Assembly (NCBI RefSeq): GCF_009914755.1
Contig: NC_060936.1
From: the human T2T-CHM13v2.0 reference genome, Homo sapiens
DNA: 64,000 nucleotides
Strand: one strand, 5' to 3'
In this document: one piece after another, positions 33,672 to 62,916 of the stretch
Layout: every line of letters begins with the position of its first letter
Position numbering within the stretch: position 1 is the stretch's first letter
Notes under the pieces: model-generated
Databases searched by the model: none
Seen by the model: only the letters and a program-made list of their open reading frames with translations
What the model was told of the DNA's origin: nothing
Translations under genes and position numbers: made by a program

Positions 33672-33930
33672 GGCCAGGTGCGGTGGCTTACACCCTGTAA
33701 TCCCAGCACCTTGAGAGGCTGGGGCAGGAGGATTGCTCTAGGCCAGGAGTTTAAGACCAGCCTTAGGCAACATAGCAAGACCCTGTCTCTACAAAAAAAA
33801 AAATAAAATAAAATTAGCTGGGCATGGTAGCGTGCACCTTAGTCATAGTCCAGCTAATCAGGAGGCTGAGGCAGGAGGGTCCTTTGAGCACAGGAGTTGA
33901 GCCTGGCGGTAGGTAAGCTTTGATCACACC
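33672..33930 (+). mobile_element. AluJ (partial)
   Basis: Diverged Alu. Confidence 0.8.
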
Positions 33931-34588
33931 TGAGATGAATGAAGGAGGAGGGTGCTTCATTCTGCTGCCAGTATTCGAGGCTCACCTGGCTGCAAGGGCT
34001 GAGGGAATCAATATCTTGGCATACCTATAATACATCTTGGCAAACCAGTGTATAATTATATACACCAAATGTAAGGGGAAGAGACATGAAATGTGGGAAT
34101 TATTAGTGGATTTACTTTGATTAATTCCTCTGCGTAAGCATCTATTTTGAAGCCGTTAAGAAAATTCAGATAAAACATGTGAAACTTAAAAATACTAAAT
34201 AGTTAAGTCTCTTAATTGCCTGTCTTCTAGCAGTCAGGCAGTTGAGTCAGGAATGAGATGGAGTGACCGTTTTACTTAACGCTTTATAAAATGTATTTGT
34301 CGGTTTTTTAGATTAAGTATATTTTACCCTGTAAGTTTGAATTGTGAAAAAACTATGACATTGTCTTGAAACCTTTAAAACATTTCTAAGAGTAGATAGA
34401 ACCAATAATGTAATTAATTTAGGACATTTATTTTTTAAGGGGCTGACATTTATTCCTTTCTCAAGTATTACAGTAAAAATTAGGTGGGGTAGGATAATTT
34501 TGCCAATTTTTTTTAATGCGCAGATTCAGAGTTTGTTAGAAATTATTTGCAGCAGAGTTGTGGGCGAGAGGCATACCAAGTTGTTTCA

Positions 34589-34698
34589 GGCTGGTCTAAA
34601 GGTAGTGAGTTATCTCAGTTGATTGTTCACAGTCAGTTTCAGTTACAGATTGAATGCCTTGTTCTGCTCTTACCCCGTTCTCACTACTCGACTAGCCT
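34589..34698 (+). pseudogene. Retroposed Y1 RNA (RNY1-like) pseudogene
   Basis: GGCTGGTCtaAAGGTAGTGAGTTATCTCAgTTGATTGTTCACAGTCAGTT... matches Y1 RNA; A-rich tail; TSD AAGTTGTTTCA at 34578-34588 and 34726-34736. Confidence 0.9.
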
Positions 34699-35646
34699 AA
34701 AAAATAATAATAATAAAATAAAAAGAAGTTGTTTCACATTATGCCTTCCCTGCCAAGCCTAAAACCTCCCGACCAGATTTTTTTTAAAAGAGGACACAGA
34801 GTTGGTTCTCAACTGGATATTTCTAGAACATATGCTGAGACGCTGTCCACAGCCATAAATTTATTACAGGGAGGTGGGGCAAACATGCAGGAATTGTAAG
34901 TGCAAATATACCCCACTTGGCTCAGGAATTTGGGGGCCAGGGAAGACATCCTGCATCTTACTGGTTTCCCTTGAAGGAATGGTACCCAGTTTGAAGGATT
35001 CAAAGGAGAATTTCTTCTCCTAAGTCTCTTCCTTTCGCCTCGGTGATCTGAGCAGGGTTTGCTGACTCGGTGTTGTCCCCAGTGGCCTATTATTTGTGAT
35101 CGGTGGGGCTCCTCTTTACCCTTGGAGGAACACATCTCCAATGCTTTCTTTTCTTTTCATAGGCACTTGTAGTGGGGATAGGGGTGGGAGGGTGGCACGG
35201 GTGGAAACCTTACCTGCTTCTTGGTGCCCACTCAGCTCTGCAGAGCCTTGGAGCTGTCTACTCAAGCTGGAATCTCTTTGAAGGGGATTTTCTAGAGGTA
35301 GAATAGTATTTCTGACAGCCTCACAAATATACTCATCTTTTAATATTTTGCCACCTTTAAAAGTTGTTATTCAGAATAATAGATGATTCCATAGCAGCCT
35401 GTAGCTCAGAATATTATTATGTGTTAATTTGGAAAAAAAATGTGACTAGTATTCAGCACTTCTTTGAACCAGGGTATATTACTTATTAGCTGTATTGCTT
35501 GATTTTTCACAGACTGTTACATCTCCATTTAAATCATAAATCTGAATTATGCTGTATTACTGTAAAGCCTACCAGTGTTCCCTAGAATAGCATGGTAATA
35601 ATTTTTGTAAGAAAAAACGAGTAGTAACAAAACATTGTTCACATTA

Positions 35647-36004
<358 letters not shown>

Positions 36005-36199
36005 TCATTATGACTAAAAACCACGTATTATGTGCATCATATTCTTAATTTTATTTTAATAATTAATTAGTCTTCCTCATCATCCCACAAGTATATCACA
36101 GAAATAAATACAGTCTCCTCTCAGCTCTCATTATTTTTAATAATGATCTCCTTGGTACTAAAGAAGTTGAAGATTACAACTCAGAAATGCAAAATGTTG

Positions 36200-36501
36200 G
36201 GCCAGGCGCAGTGGCTTACCTCTGTAATCCCAGGACTTTGAGAGGCCGTGGCAGAATAATCACTTGAGCCCAGGAGTTTGAGACCAGCCTGGGCAACATG
36301 GCAAAACACCATCTCTACAAAAAATACAAAAAGTAGCCAGGCATGGTGGTGGGCGCCTGTAGTCCCAGCTACTCAGGAGCCTGAGGTGGGAGAATCACCT
36401 GAGACTGCAAGGTCGAGGCTGCTGTGAGCTGTGATTGTGCCACTGCACTCCAGCCTGGGTGACAGAGTGAGACCCATCTCAAAAAAAAAAAAAAAAAAAA
36501 A
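36200..36501 (+). mobile_element. AluJb-like
   Basis: Alu with A tail. Confidence 0.85.
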
Positions 36502-36709
36502 GTGAAATCTTGATGTATTAGGGTTTAGAGAATAGCTGCAAAAAGTTATTTTCTGTATCTGCTGGAAAACAGCATATCTTTGTAAGTACAGATTGTAAGG
36601 CAGACAGATTGTAATTATGTGGATAGAGTAGCGAGTGGTAACAGAGCTTGACAGACCAGTGTTCACGTGACAGAGTGTGCAGCCCTCAAGCGCAGGTGCA
36701 GGTGGCTAA

Positions 36710-37165
<456 letters not shown>

Positions 37166-38010
37166 ATTATGGAGTAGAAAAATCTGCTTGATTTATTAAT
37201 TTTATGATATATGTGATCAGTATCTAATTTGATATAAAATTGAAAATGTTAAAAAATCATTTTTTTTCCTCAGAGTTAAAATTATTTCCCTCATACTAAT
37301 GCTTAATGGCAATGATTACTCCAGAGTTTTTTAATTTTTACACTGGGGCAATAGACTAGGAGGTCTCTGATTTCTTCTTGGTCTAAAGTGTTTTGATTTT
37401 ATTTCTACATAATAGCTTTGGTATTCATGTATATACATGCATTTAATTGTGATTTTATCACCTTTCCCATTTCTTTCCCCACAAGCTGGCATTTCAGTAG
37501 TTGCTTTTGAATAATGGTTTTGGTTACCTGGGAAGGCAGGCCCAGAACCCATTTCCTTGACTTGCAGTTCCGGGCTGTGTTCACATGACTGCTGTCTAGC
37601 TGATGCATTTTTCACATTTGTCAACTCTGGTTAGAAACAGGTCCTCAGGAGTATTCTCTAACCTGATATTTTCTAAAAAGATATGTTGATTCAACTTTGT
37701 TTAGCATCCTACTTTCTAGATTGTGGGGCTCATTTTGCCAGGGCCAAGCTACCAGAAAAGTAGAAGTGGAGATTACCTGGTATGTATCTCTCTGGGTGCC
37801 CCAGTTAGAGCTGCCACAGCTCAGGAAAAAGATGAGGCATAACGACCTTGAATGTAATTGGAGTAAGTGACAAAATAAGAACTACCCTGGGAAACCCTGC
37901 ATTCAATGTAGCTGTCAATTCAGTATTTTTAAGTACACCTGTCAGCTGTTTCTTACCACTTCGATGGTTGTGATTAATTTAAAATCAAAATAAAGGAATT
38001 ACTGAGTTTA
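37166..38010 (+). other. MRPS35: MRPS35 3'UTR (3' end approximate)
   Basis: Repeat-free sequence after the stop, running to AATAAA at 37989-37994. Confidence 0.7.
37989..37994 (+). terminator. Polyadenylation signal of MRPS35
   Basis: AATAAA with upstream TGTA elements and a downstream T-rich tract. Confidence 0.65.
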
Positions 38011-38560
38011 TTTGCCTAATAGACTTATTTTGCCTAGAAGAATTAGAGAGTATAAATGAAAGCCAAAATGGAATTTCACAACGATTTCCTAAACCATTTG
38101 TGTGAAATGAAGGTATGATCTGGTGTGATTGAGGCCAGGAGTCTGTAGGTTATGAAGGACAATATGGCCTTGAGTACAAAAAGGAGAGAAAGAGGCATGT
38201 CGTGCCCTGCTGGGGCACCCTTATACTACTTATCATTTTAATCCTAGGGCTGACTTATGAATGAACTCAAAAGGGGCTAGACTGAGCTGAATTGGTAAGT
38301 AGTAGATGAAAAGCAGTACAGATAAAAACCAAAATTTTAGATCATGTTTAGAGCATATTTCAAGAAACATACCAGTACATTTAGAGACTCATTCGGAGTT
38401 AAGAAAAACTCAGATTCCTAACAGGATTGAAGAAGGAAACATTTTGAAAACAGTAGAAGCTGAGAAGAGATGATCATTTGGGAACATGTAAAGGAGCGGT
38501 AGCTTAGGGTGGTTTATCCTGTGTAATAATACAGTGCAGATGAAAGCAAAGAGGAGGATG

Positions 38561-39436
<876 letters not shown>

Positions 39437-39577
39437 GGCCTTGTAGAGGACTCTATCATCTTTTGCAGTTTGGCCAACTCCAAGTAACCTGAAGACTCTT
39501 AAACAATTGTTGATTCCTAATGGCAAAATCGTAGAGCTGACGGATTAATACAAAACTGCCTCAAAAACAAAACAGTT

Positions 39578-43108
<3,531 letters not shown>

Positions 43109-44069
43109 CTTATTTATTCTTTATACTTATTATCTGTCTTTTAATATCTGTTCTCACATTAAAAACAGGTTTCAGGAATGAGAATAGGGGCCTAAAAAGC
43201 TTAAGTTTATTAGAGACTTGAACTACAGTATTCCACACTTAAGAGTCTTCTAAGATTTAGGGGGTAAATCTGTAAGATTTGGACAGAACTGAAACACCCG
43301 GAGCTAATCTTTACACCTGGGAAAACAGAATGTATACAAGTGAGGGATGTAACTAAAACTAAAACTCCCAAGCTTTATTCAACAGAAATCAACACAAGAA
43401 GCTCAAAGAGCTCTGTAGCACAATTATTGAAAGGAAGATGAAGACGGGTTGGGATTGAGAAGGATTAATCAATTGAAAGTAGAAAGCTAGATTAAGATCA
43501 GGAAGCATTTGCTTATGGGTTAGTAACTGTTAGTAACTGTTCTTTTGCTCAAATTACTACATGATTGCATTACTATACGTGACAATAATTTGACCTTGAC
43601 TGGGAGGCCAATATGATGATATTGTGGTGTTTTCTTCCTGGTATTATTTTTTCATGCTTTTTGGGAAAACATAGGCTCTGAGTCTAACAGTGATTTTGAG
43701 CAGGGACTTGAACGAGACTGCCTGTGTTTAATTAAGTCCTGACTTCACTACTTAATACTTGTGTGTTTTTAGGGAAGATGTTTAACCTCTCTTCACCTCA
43801 GTTGCCTCGTCTGTAAAATGTGATAATAATAGTATCATGGTTAATAGCAGTGCACCCACCTCTCAGGGTTGGAAGGATTCAGTGAGTTCATGCCCCTAAA
43901 GCACTCGAACAGTGTCTCTCAGTAACAACTATAAGGATCAGAATTTTGCAACTCTGGCAGAGGGAACACTACTTAAAAAATAGAAATAACAACAAAGAAA
44001 GCAGTTATGTTTATCAAGCATTAGCCTTTTTTTTTTTTCACAGATTGGTAGGAGTGAGCATCCTATGTT

Positions 44070-44380
<311 letters not shown>

Positions 44381-44454
44381 TAACCAAACTGCGTTTTCTT
44401 ACACAAAACTAAAAATGATATCCTTGAAAGCATATAATCTTGCTACAGTTTTTA

Positions 44455-45132
<678 letters not shown>

Positions 45133-45438
45133 TCATTCATTTTATTTTTACTTTCAAAGCAAAAACCCTAAAGCACAGTTTGGAGAAGGGGTTGGCTTTT
45201 GCCGCTATGAGTTATCGAACGAAGCTAAATTCACGTTCTACTACCACATACTTCTCAAAGGCTTCCAAACATACTGGCTACATTTGAATTTATCTTAACT
45301 TTCTAAAACACTTTTTTTTTTAATGAACAAATTTGACTACACCCAAGGAGAAGGCTTTGTGTCTGTCAGGGTTTTTGTACAATAGCGAGTGTTACTTTGA
45401 GAGCTGTAGAAACAGTAACGATTTGAGACACAATATAG

Positions 45439-48082
<2,644 letters not shown>

Positions 48083-48334
48083 GAGAAATGCTTCCTTTGG
48101 CTTTGCTAAGAGTTCTTGAGATTCATGAAATACAGTGGGTAAGCTCTTGTTCAATCATGTATGATTTATAATCTGGAGTGAACTCTTTGCTGAACACATC
48201 AAACTAAAGAGAATTTTCTTTCAGTTTTCTGTCCTAGATATCCAAAATTTTTCCCAAGTTCACTGGAAAATAATTATTTTAGGGACTCACATATGGCTAT
48301 TGCCAGCCAGTTTCTCAGCTATATGCCTCTACTA

Positions 48335-52464
<4,130 letters not shown>

Positions 52465-52750
52465 TTAACCTTAGGGGAAATACTTTCATTTAGCATTTTG
52501 GTGAAGAAAAGAGGATTCTGTTTCCTGTAGGTGCTATCAAATTCTGGGTCATTATTAGATCTGTAAATAGAGCCTGCTGTGGCCCAGACTGTGAAATCAG
52601 TTTCACTGGCTCTCTTACCTCTCCCTCTCTCTCCCACACCCTAGGGCATCTTCTCTAGTTCTTTACAACTGTTTACTGGCCTCTGCCTAAGGCTCCTCAC
52701 TTAGGGCTTCATCCTTGGAAGTTTCTTCTTATTTTTGCCCAAGCATATCA

Positions 52751-53122
<372 letters not shown>

Positions 53123-55566
53123 TCACTTTCTAGCAAAATAAGACCACTCTTTGCACATTGATTTTTCTTTTCTTCCCGAGCTCCAGGTGAACATTTGATT
53201 TGCTGGCATTCTTTCTGAACACTTTCCAGGCTATTTCAATACCCTGTCCCTTAGCATCTTAAGACGTGCATTCTCTTTTCTGCTTTTCTTCTTTCTCTGA
53301 AAGTGAATAGTCACAGACACCTTTTGCTAAGTAAATATAAAGGCAAGTGGAAACCTTAGTCAAGAGGCTTTCTGAGGGAAACAACAAGTTAGTCACTTGA
53401 CATCAGATAAAGGAAGTATCCATTTCATCATAAACAAGACATGATTTTGTGAGGGCACTTCTGTTTGATTTTTAAAGAACTTGTGATTGCAGATTGTTTT
53501 TTAAAAAATCATCTCGATTTCTTTGAACTTAAGTTCTGGCATTCAGGTTCACCAAAAATAATTTTTTTGCACTGGTTTGGGTTTTCATTCTTACTTAAAA
53601 AAAAAACCTTGGCCAGGCACAGTGGCTCACACCTGTAATCTCAACACTTTGGGAGGCTGAGGTGGGAGACTGCTTGAGCCTGGGAGGTAGAGGTTGCAGT
53701 CAGCTGAGATGACACTACTGCACTCCAGCCTGGGTGACAGAGCGAGACCCTGTCCCAGAAAAATCAAACCAAACAAACAAACAAACAAAAAACACTAGGA
53801 AAATGGTGAAATCTTTTTAAATTTCTAAATAGTAATAAAATCATTTCAATTGCAATGCCCAAACATTTGAAAAGGCAGTGAAAATGGACTGTTGCTTTTG
53901 TGAAAGTTGTGGGTTTCATATCCTGTGACATCCAAGGTGACAAATTAGCTCAAAGCATAAAACTGTTGCTTTTTTGTATCCAATTTTATATGAAGCATTA
54001 GTGATAATCAGCTTTTGGCACAAAGCACTCTACTGTTTCTTCTAAAAAAAGAGAAACTTTCTAATCTGTGATCCGTATTTCTTTTATACCTTTTTATACA
54101 ATGACTCATTCACCTTCTTGACACAAAAATCATCAGCATTCTTTGAACGTTCATCTCTTCAACTGTTTCCTAATAATAGTCAATCTAGTTATTACATATC
54201 TTTTTATTTTTAGAAACATGATAATAATTGATAATGAAAAGGAAAGTAGTTAAGACTGAATAGCTTTAAATATGAAACACTTCATTTTCTTCTGAGCAAA
54301 AATTATATTATGCACTAACTCCTAACCTTGCCTAAGCCACATAGAATACACAAAATGATAAATATTTCATTCTATTGAACTTCTTACAGAAAGCAAATTT
54401 CAGTTGCTCACCTGCAAAGACTCAGACATTTCCATCTGTTTGAAGGGATAGGGAAGAGAGGTTTTATAATGGCAAAGGAAGGAAGGGAAAGGATGAGTAA
54501 CAAAAAATTACTCTCGATATTTTATGAGATTCCATGGCTATTTCTCTTAGAAAATGCCCTCGAGACATAAACAGGAAGGTCTACTCTCTAATCTTATAAT
54601 CTTCAAGTCTTTGAGTCATATTAAGTATAGGTTCTTTTGTGTGCTATATAATTCTTTGAAGTTCTCGTATTCCTTTCAGGGATAATGGAACAAGCCACAA
54701 TTGTTTAACCCTTTTGCTGTCAGATTATATTTAAATAAAGATCAAAGTTTCATTTTAAAGGACCTAGAAGTCTTGGCCAGGCGGGGTGGCTAATGCCTAT
54801 AATCCCAGCACTGTGGGAGGCTGAGGCAGGAGGACTGCTTGAGCCTAGGAGTTCGAGACCAGCCTGGGCAACACAGGGAGACAGGGTCTCTACTTACTAA
54901 CTAACTAAAGCCCTGCAGGGGCTGGTGCTATTAAGAAACAAAAAACAAACAAACAAAAAAGGGATCTACAAGTCTCAATGTAAAAGCATGCTTTAAATTT
55001 TGTAAAACTTTTTCTGGAGATTGCATTGTCTGGAAATGGATAACTTCTTGGGGCCAAGTGTTTTAAAAAGAAATGGTAGAAACTGGAATGCAGAGGTAGA
55101 GGGAGGCATCCATAACAATCTCAAAACTTGTCCCTGTGTGCTGAAACTGCAGAAACCAGGAAGCAATGCAACTGAATCAAAACTTGTTATAAGGCCTTGT
55201 TATCAAATACCCAGAACCACTACACTGTTGCAATGTGGAATACATTATATTTCTTTCCAATAGGGTGCTCTTGCTCTGCAGAGGGGTTCACAAATGTGAT
55301 TTGTACTTTAAAAGTCACGACAGCCTGATTCAGTAGCTGTTGAGTGGAGAGTGACATTCTTATTTTTACAAGAGTCCCAGGTGATTTCCTAAGATGTTTG
55401 GGAAACACTGATATAGATAGATGAGCGAAATAAATGGAACTTTTACCTAAACAACGATGCTCAACCTAGTTAACTAGAACCATTTAAAGACCATATACTA
55501 CTTTTATCTCATTTAAATCACTCCATAAGCTTTGATGAAAGGAAGATACTTCAGTTTTGCTTGTTA

Positions 55567-55911
<345 letters not shown>

Positions 55912-56455
55912 TTAGGAATATTGAGGAACTGAAAAAACAAAGAGAAATAATTTTTAAATAGTAGTGAAGTAATAGCATAGCTTTAGTAAATTCAAGACAT
56001 TTGGAAAGCAGTCAATATTTCACCTTTAATTAATTATTTATTTATTTTTTGAGAGTTTCCATTTCATTTGCTGATAAAATTAATAAAAATTATTTTTTAA
56101 AAAATGGTACCTGAAAAACTTAAATGTTTTTTCTTTAAAAATGTTTTTGCTTCTATTAAATCAACATATGTTCACTTTAATAATTCAAATCATATAGAAA
56201 AATACAAAAAGAGAAACTATTCAAGCACTTACCATCTTAATAAACATCTTTCTGGATATTGTTATTTAAAAAAACATATGAACGTCAAAATACAAAATTA
56301 CAACAAATTTAGTTTAAAGACCTTAATTGGCTTTTATTTGTGATTCCAGAATAGGGCAACACCTCATTCTATAAAATCCAATAAACTGAGCAGAGGAGGT
56401 GGCTTTGTTGATGGAAAAGAGCTGAGGAAAGCAGAAATAGAAAATAAAAAGCAGG

Positions 56456-56886
<431 letters not shown>

Positions 56887-57009
56887 TCAAAGATCAGATA
56901 CAGATCTTGGTTCTGGCTTGGTGGCATCATGGAACATCACCATGAGTAACTCCATTTTGGTTTCATCTGTTGGGGCTAGTGCAGGAGCTCAGTTCAAACC
57001 AATGGTCTT

Positions 57010-60089
<3,080 letters not shown>

Positions 60090-60551
60090 CTATGTTGAAA
60101 GGATCTCATGTTTCACCTTTGACTTTCTTTTAGTTCTCTGGTTTTTAACCCTTTCTCCTTCCTAAGGTAAAATGTTAGCATGGTAGGATGTATCTTCTTT
60201 AAATAGGGGAAATGTACTTATGAAGAAGATATTATTTAACAATCTGTCATTCAAGAAGAAAGCTGAAGCTTGTAATAATAAAAAAAAAAACCAAACACAT
60301 ATTCTCTCCAAGTTAAGGACTGTTTATCATAGGTGGTTCTCAAATCTTGGTTTGGGGTAAGTTTTCAAGGTTTTCTGTTTTTGTTTTGTAAGATAAGAGT
60401 GAACACACCCTCTGCTTCCTCCCAATCCTTCTCCCTTCTCCTACCCAAAGATAATCCAAACAATATATTTCTCCCCCCACCCCCTTCCTGGGATGAATTC
60501 ATTAGCAAGACAAAAAGTCCTTCCTATTATTATTTGGGGTGGGCCTTCTAA

Positions 60552-60880
<329 letters not shown>

Positions 60881-61259
60881 AAACCGCACGTGTGGTCTCT
60901 CTTAATAGTCCTCAGATGATGGGGGCAGGGTAGGTGGAGAAAGGGGGTGACAAGAAAAGCTACTTCTTGCAGACATTTATGAGCCAATTTTGTCAGATCT
61001 TTTGCGCCAGGATAACATTCCGTAATGGACTGGACTGAAGTAGAAAAGCAATGGCTCATAGAAAACATGGTTTAAAACCAGAAGCCACGTGATGTAACTT
61101 TATTTAGTCGGGCTGCGCTTTCATCTTTCTTTTAATAACTTAGGGAGAATAAGGGGCCCCAGTGGCAAATGCAAGCTCCCCTGCCTCCCAACCCGATTCC
61201 TCTGAGAACCTGCTGCCATCTGCCTGGACCTCCTGTAAGATGGCTCCTACGCGACCACG

Positions 61260-62900
61260 CTACCAGAGAATCAGCTCTACGTGCCACCAACATTGCCACC
61301 AACTGTCCATAGATCGCCTGCGTGCCTCAGCCCACTGACACTCGATGCCGGACTGGGCCAGAAGGACGACCCCATATTTGATGCCTTTTTGTCTCCCTGG
61401 ACCAGAGACTCCATCCTTCCCTTTCCTCCCACGCTCATTTCTTTTTCTTTAGCCCGTGTAAAGCAGCGTGGGAGAGAAAACGAATTTCTTCTCCCTGGGG
61501 TACCCCGGAGCATCACTGCAGCCCCCAACAAGCGGCGGAGCCGGCGCGCCCCGGGCGGGCGGAGAGGCTGCGGGGACGCGCGCCCTCCGCCTCCCGCAGC
61601 TGCGCGTCCGCAGCCGAGGCGCCCGGGCCCGCAGCTTCCCGGGCCTCCCCGAGAGCCGGATCCAGCCGGCAGGTCAGGCCGGCGGCTGGGGTCCCGCGGG
61701 CGGAAGTGAGAAGGGCGGCGGGGGAGGAGGCTGCTGGCTGGGAGCTGGAATTCCCTTCCCGCCTGGCGCCGCCCGGGAGAGCCCGCGCGAGGACGCCCGC
61801 CGCGCTCCGCCGGCCCTTTTTTGGCGCTGAGGGAAAGGAGAAGGGCAGGGCCGCCGCCTCGCGGGAGCGGGCCCCGGGAGGAGGGGCCGCCGGAGAGGCC
61901 GGGCGAGCGCGGGCGGCCCTCACCTCGCCGCTCCTCCCGGGCCGCCATCCCTCGGCGCCCCGCCCGGAACCGGCGCGCGCGTAGGGGCTGGGAGGCCGGC
62001 GCGCAGATCTGGCGGTGAGCGCTGCCGCCCCGGGGCCCCCAGCCATGTCGGCCGAGGAGATGGTGCAGATCCGCCTGGAGGACCGCTGCTACCCGGTGAG
62101 CAAGAGGAAGCTCATCGAGCAGAGCGACTACTTCCGCGCCCTCTACCGCTCCGGCATGCGCGAGGCCCTGAGCCAGGAGGCCGGCGGCCCGGAGGTGCAG
62201 CAGCTGCGCGGCCTCAGCGCGCCGGGCCTGCGGCTGGTGCTGGACTTCATCAACGCCGGCGGGGCCCGCGAAGGCTGGCTCCTGGGCCCGCGCGGGGAAA
62301 AGGGCGGCGGGGTGGACGAGGACGAGGAGATGGATGAGGTGAGCCTGCTGTCCGAGCTGGTGGAGGCGGCCTCCTTCCTGCAGGTCACGTCCCTGCTGCA
62401 GCTGCTGCTGTCCCAGGTGCGGCTCAATAACTGCCTGGAGATGTACCGCCTGGCGCAGGTGTACGGGCTGCCCGACCTGCAGGAGGCCTGCCTGCGCTTC
62501 ATGGTCGTCCACTTCCACGAGGTGCTGTGCAAGCCCCAGTTCCACCTCCTGGGGTCTCCTCCCCAAGCTCCAGGGGATGTCAGCCTGAAGCAGAGGCTGA
62601 GGGAGGCCCGGATGACTGGGACTCCTGTCCTCGTGGCCCTCGGGGACTTCCTGGGGGGACCCCTGGCCCCTCACCCCTACCAGGGGGAGCCCCCGTCCAT
62701 GCTCAGGTACGAGGAGATGACTGAGCGTTGGTTCCCGCTGGCCAACAACCTTCCTCCCGACCTGGTCAATGTCAGGGGCTATGGGTCTGCCATCCTGGAC
62801 AACTACCTCTTCATAGTGGGCGGGTACAGGATCACTAGCCAGGAGATCTCCGCTGCGCATTCCTACAACCCCAGCACCAACGAGTGGCTCCAGGTGGCCT
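61260..62900. promoter_or_regulatory. CpG island; head-to-head KLHL42/MANSC4 promoter
   Basis: Very high GC and CpG density; ETS/GABP CGGAAGTG 61701-61708, YY1-like AAGATGGC 61237-61244 (just upstream) and GCCGCCATC 61941-61949, GC boxes; no TATA box seen. Confidence 0.9.
61924..61950 (-). other. MANSC4: Probable short non-coding first exon of MANSC4 (5' end approximate)
   Basis: Minus-strand donor CGAG|GTGAGG at 61924/61923 inside the CpG island; upstream acceptor cactttcag| at 53296 implies a more 5' exon. Confidence 0.5.
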
Positions 62901-62916
62901 CCATGAACCAGAAGAG
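62045..62916 (+). CDS. KLHL42: KLHL42 coding exon 1: BTB/POZ, short BACK-like region and first Kelch repeats; gene continues beyond window
   Basis: gccATG at 62045, MSAEEMVQIRLEDRCYPVSKRKLIEQSDYFRALYRSGMRE (BTB), LFIVGGY...SYNPSTNEW (Kelch); donor AG|gtaagc at 62916/62917; 872 nt. Confidence 0.96.

Noticed and set aside
32995-33806. Cluster of overlapping ORFs on both strands
   Set aside because: They lie in a GC-rich LTR and adjacent Alu; no recognisable gag/pol/env similarity.
61281-62046. Several Arg/Pro/Gly/Ala-rich ORFs in the CpG island
   Set aside because: Stop-codon scarcity in very GC-rich DNA; no domain signature.
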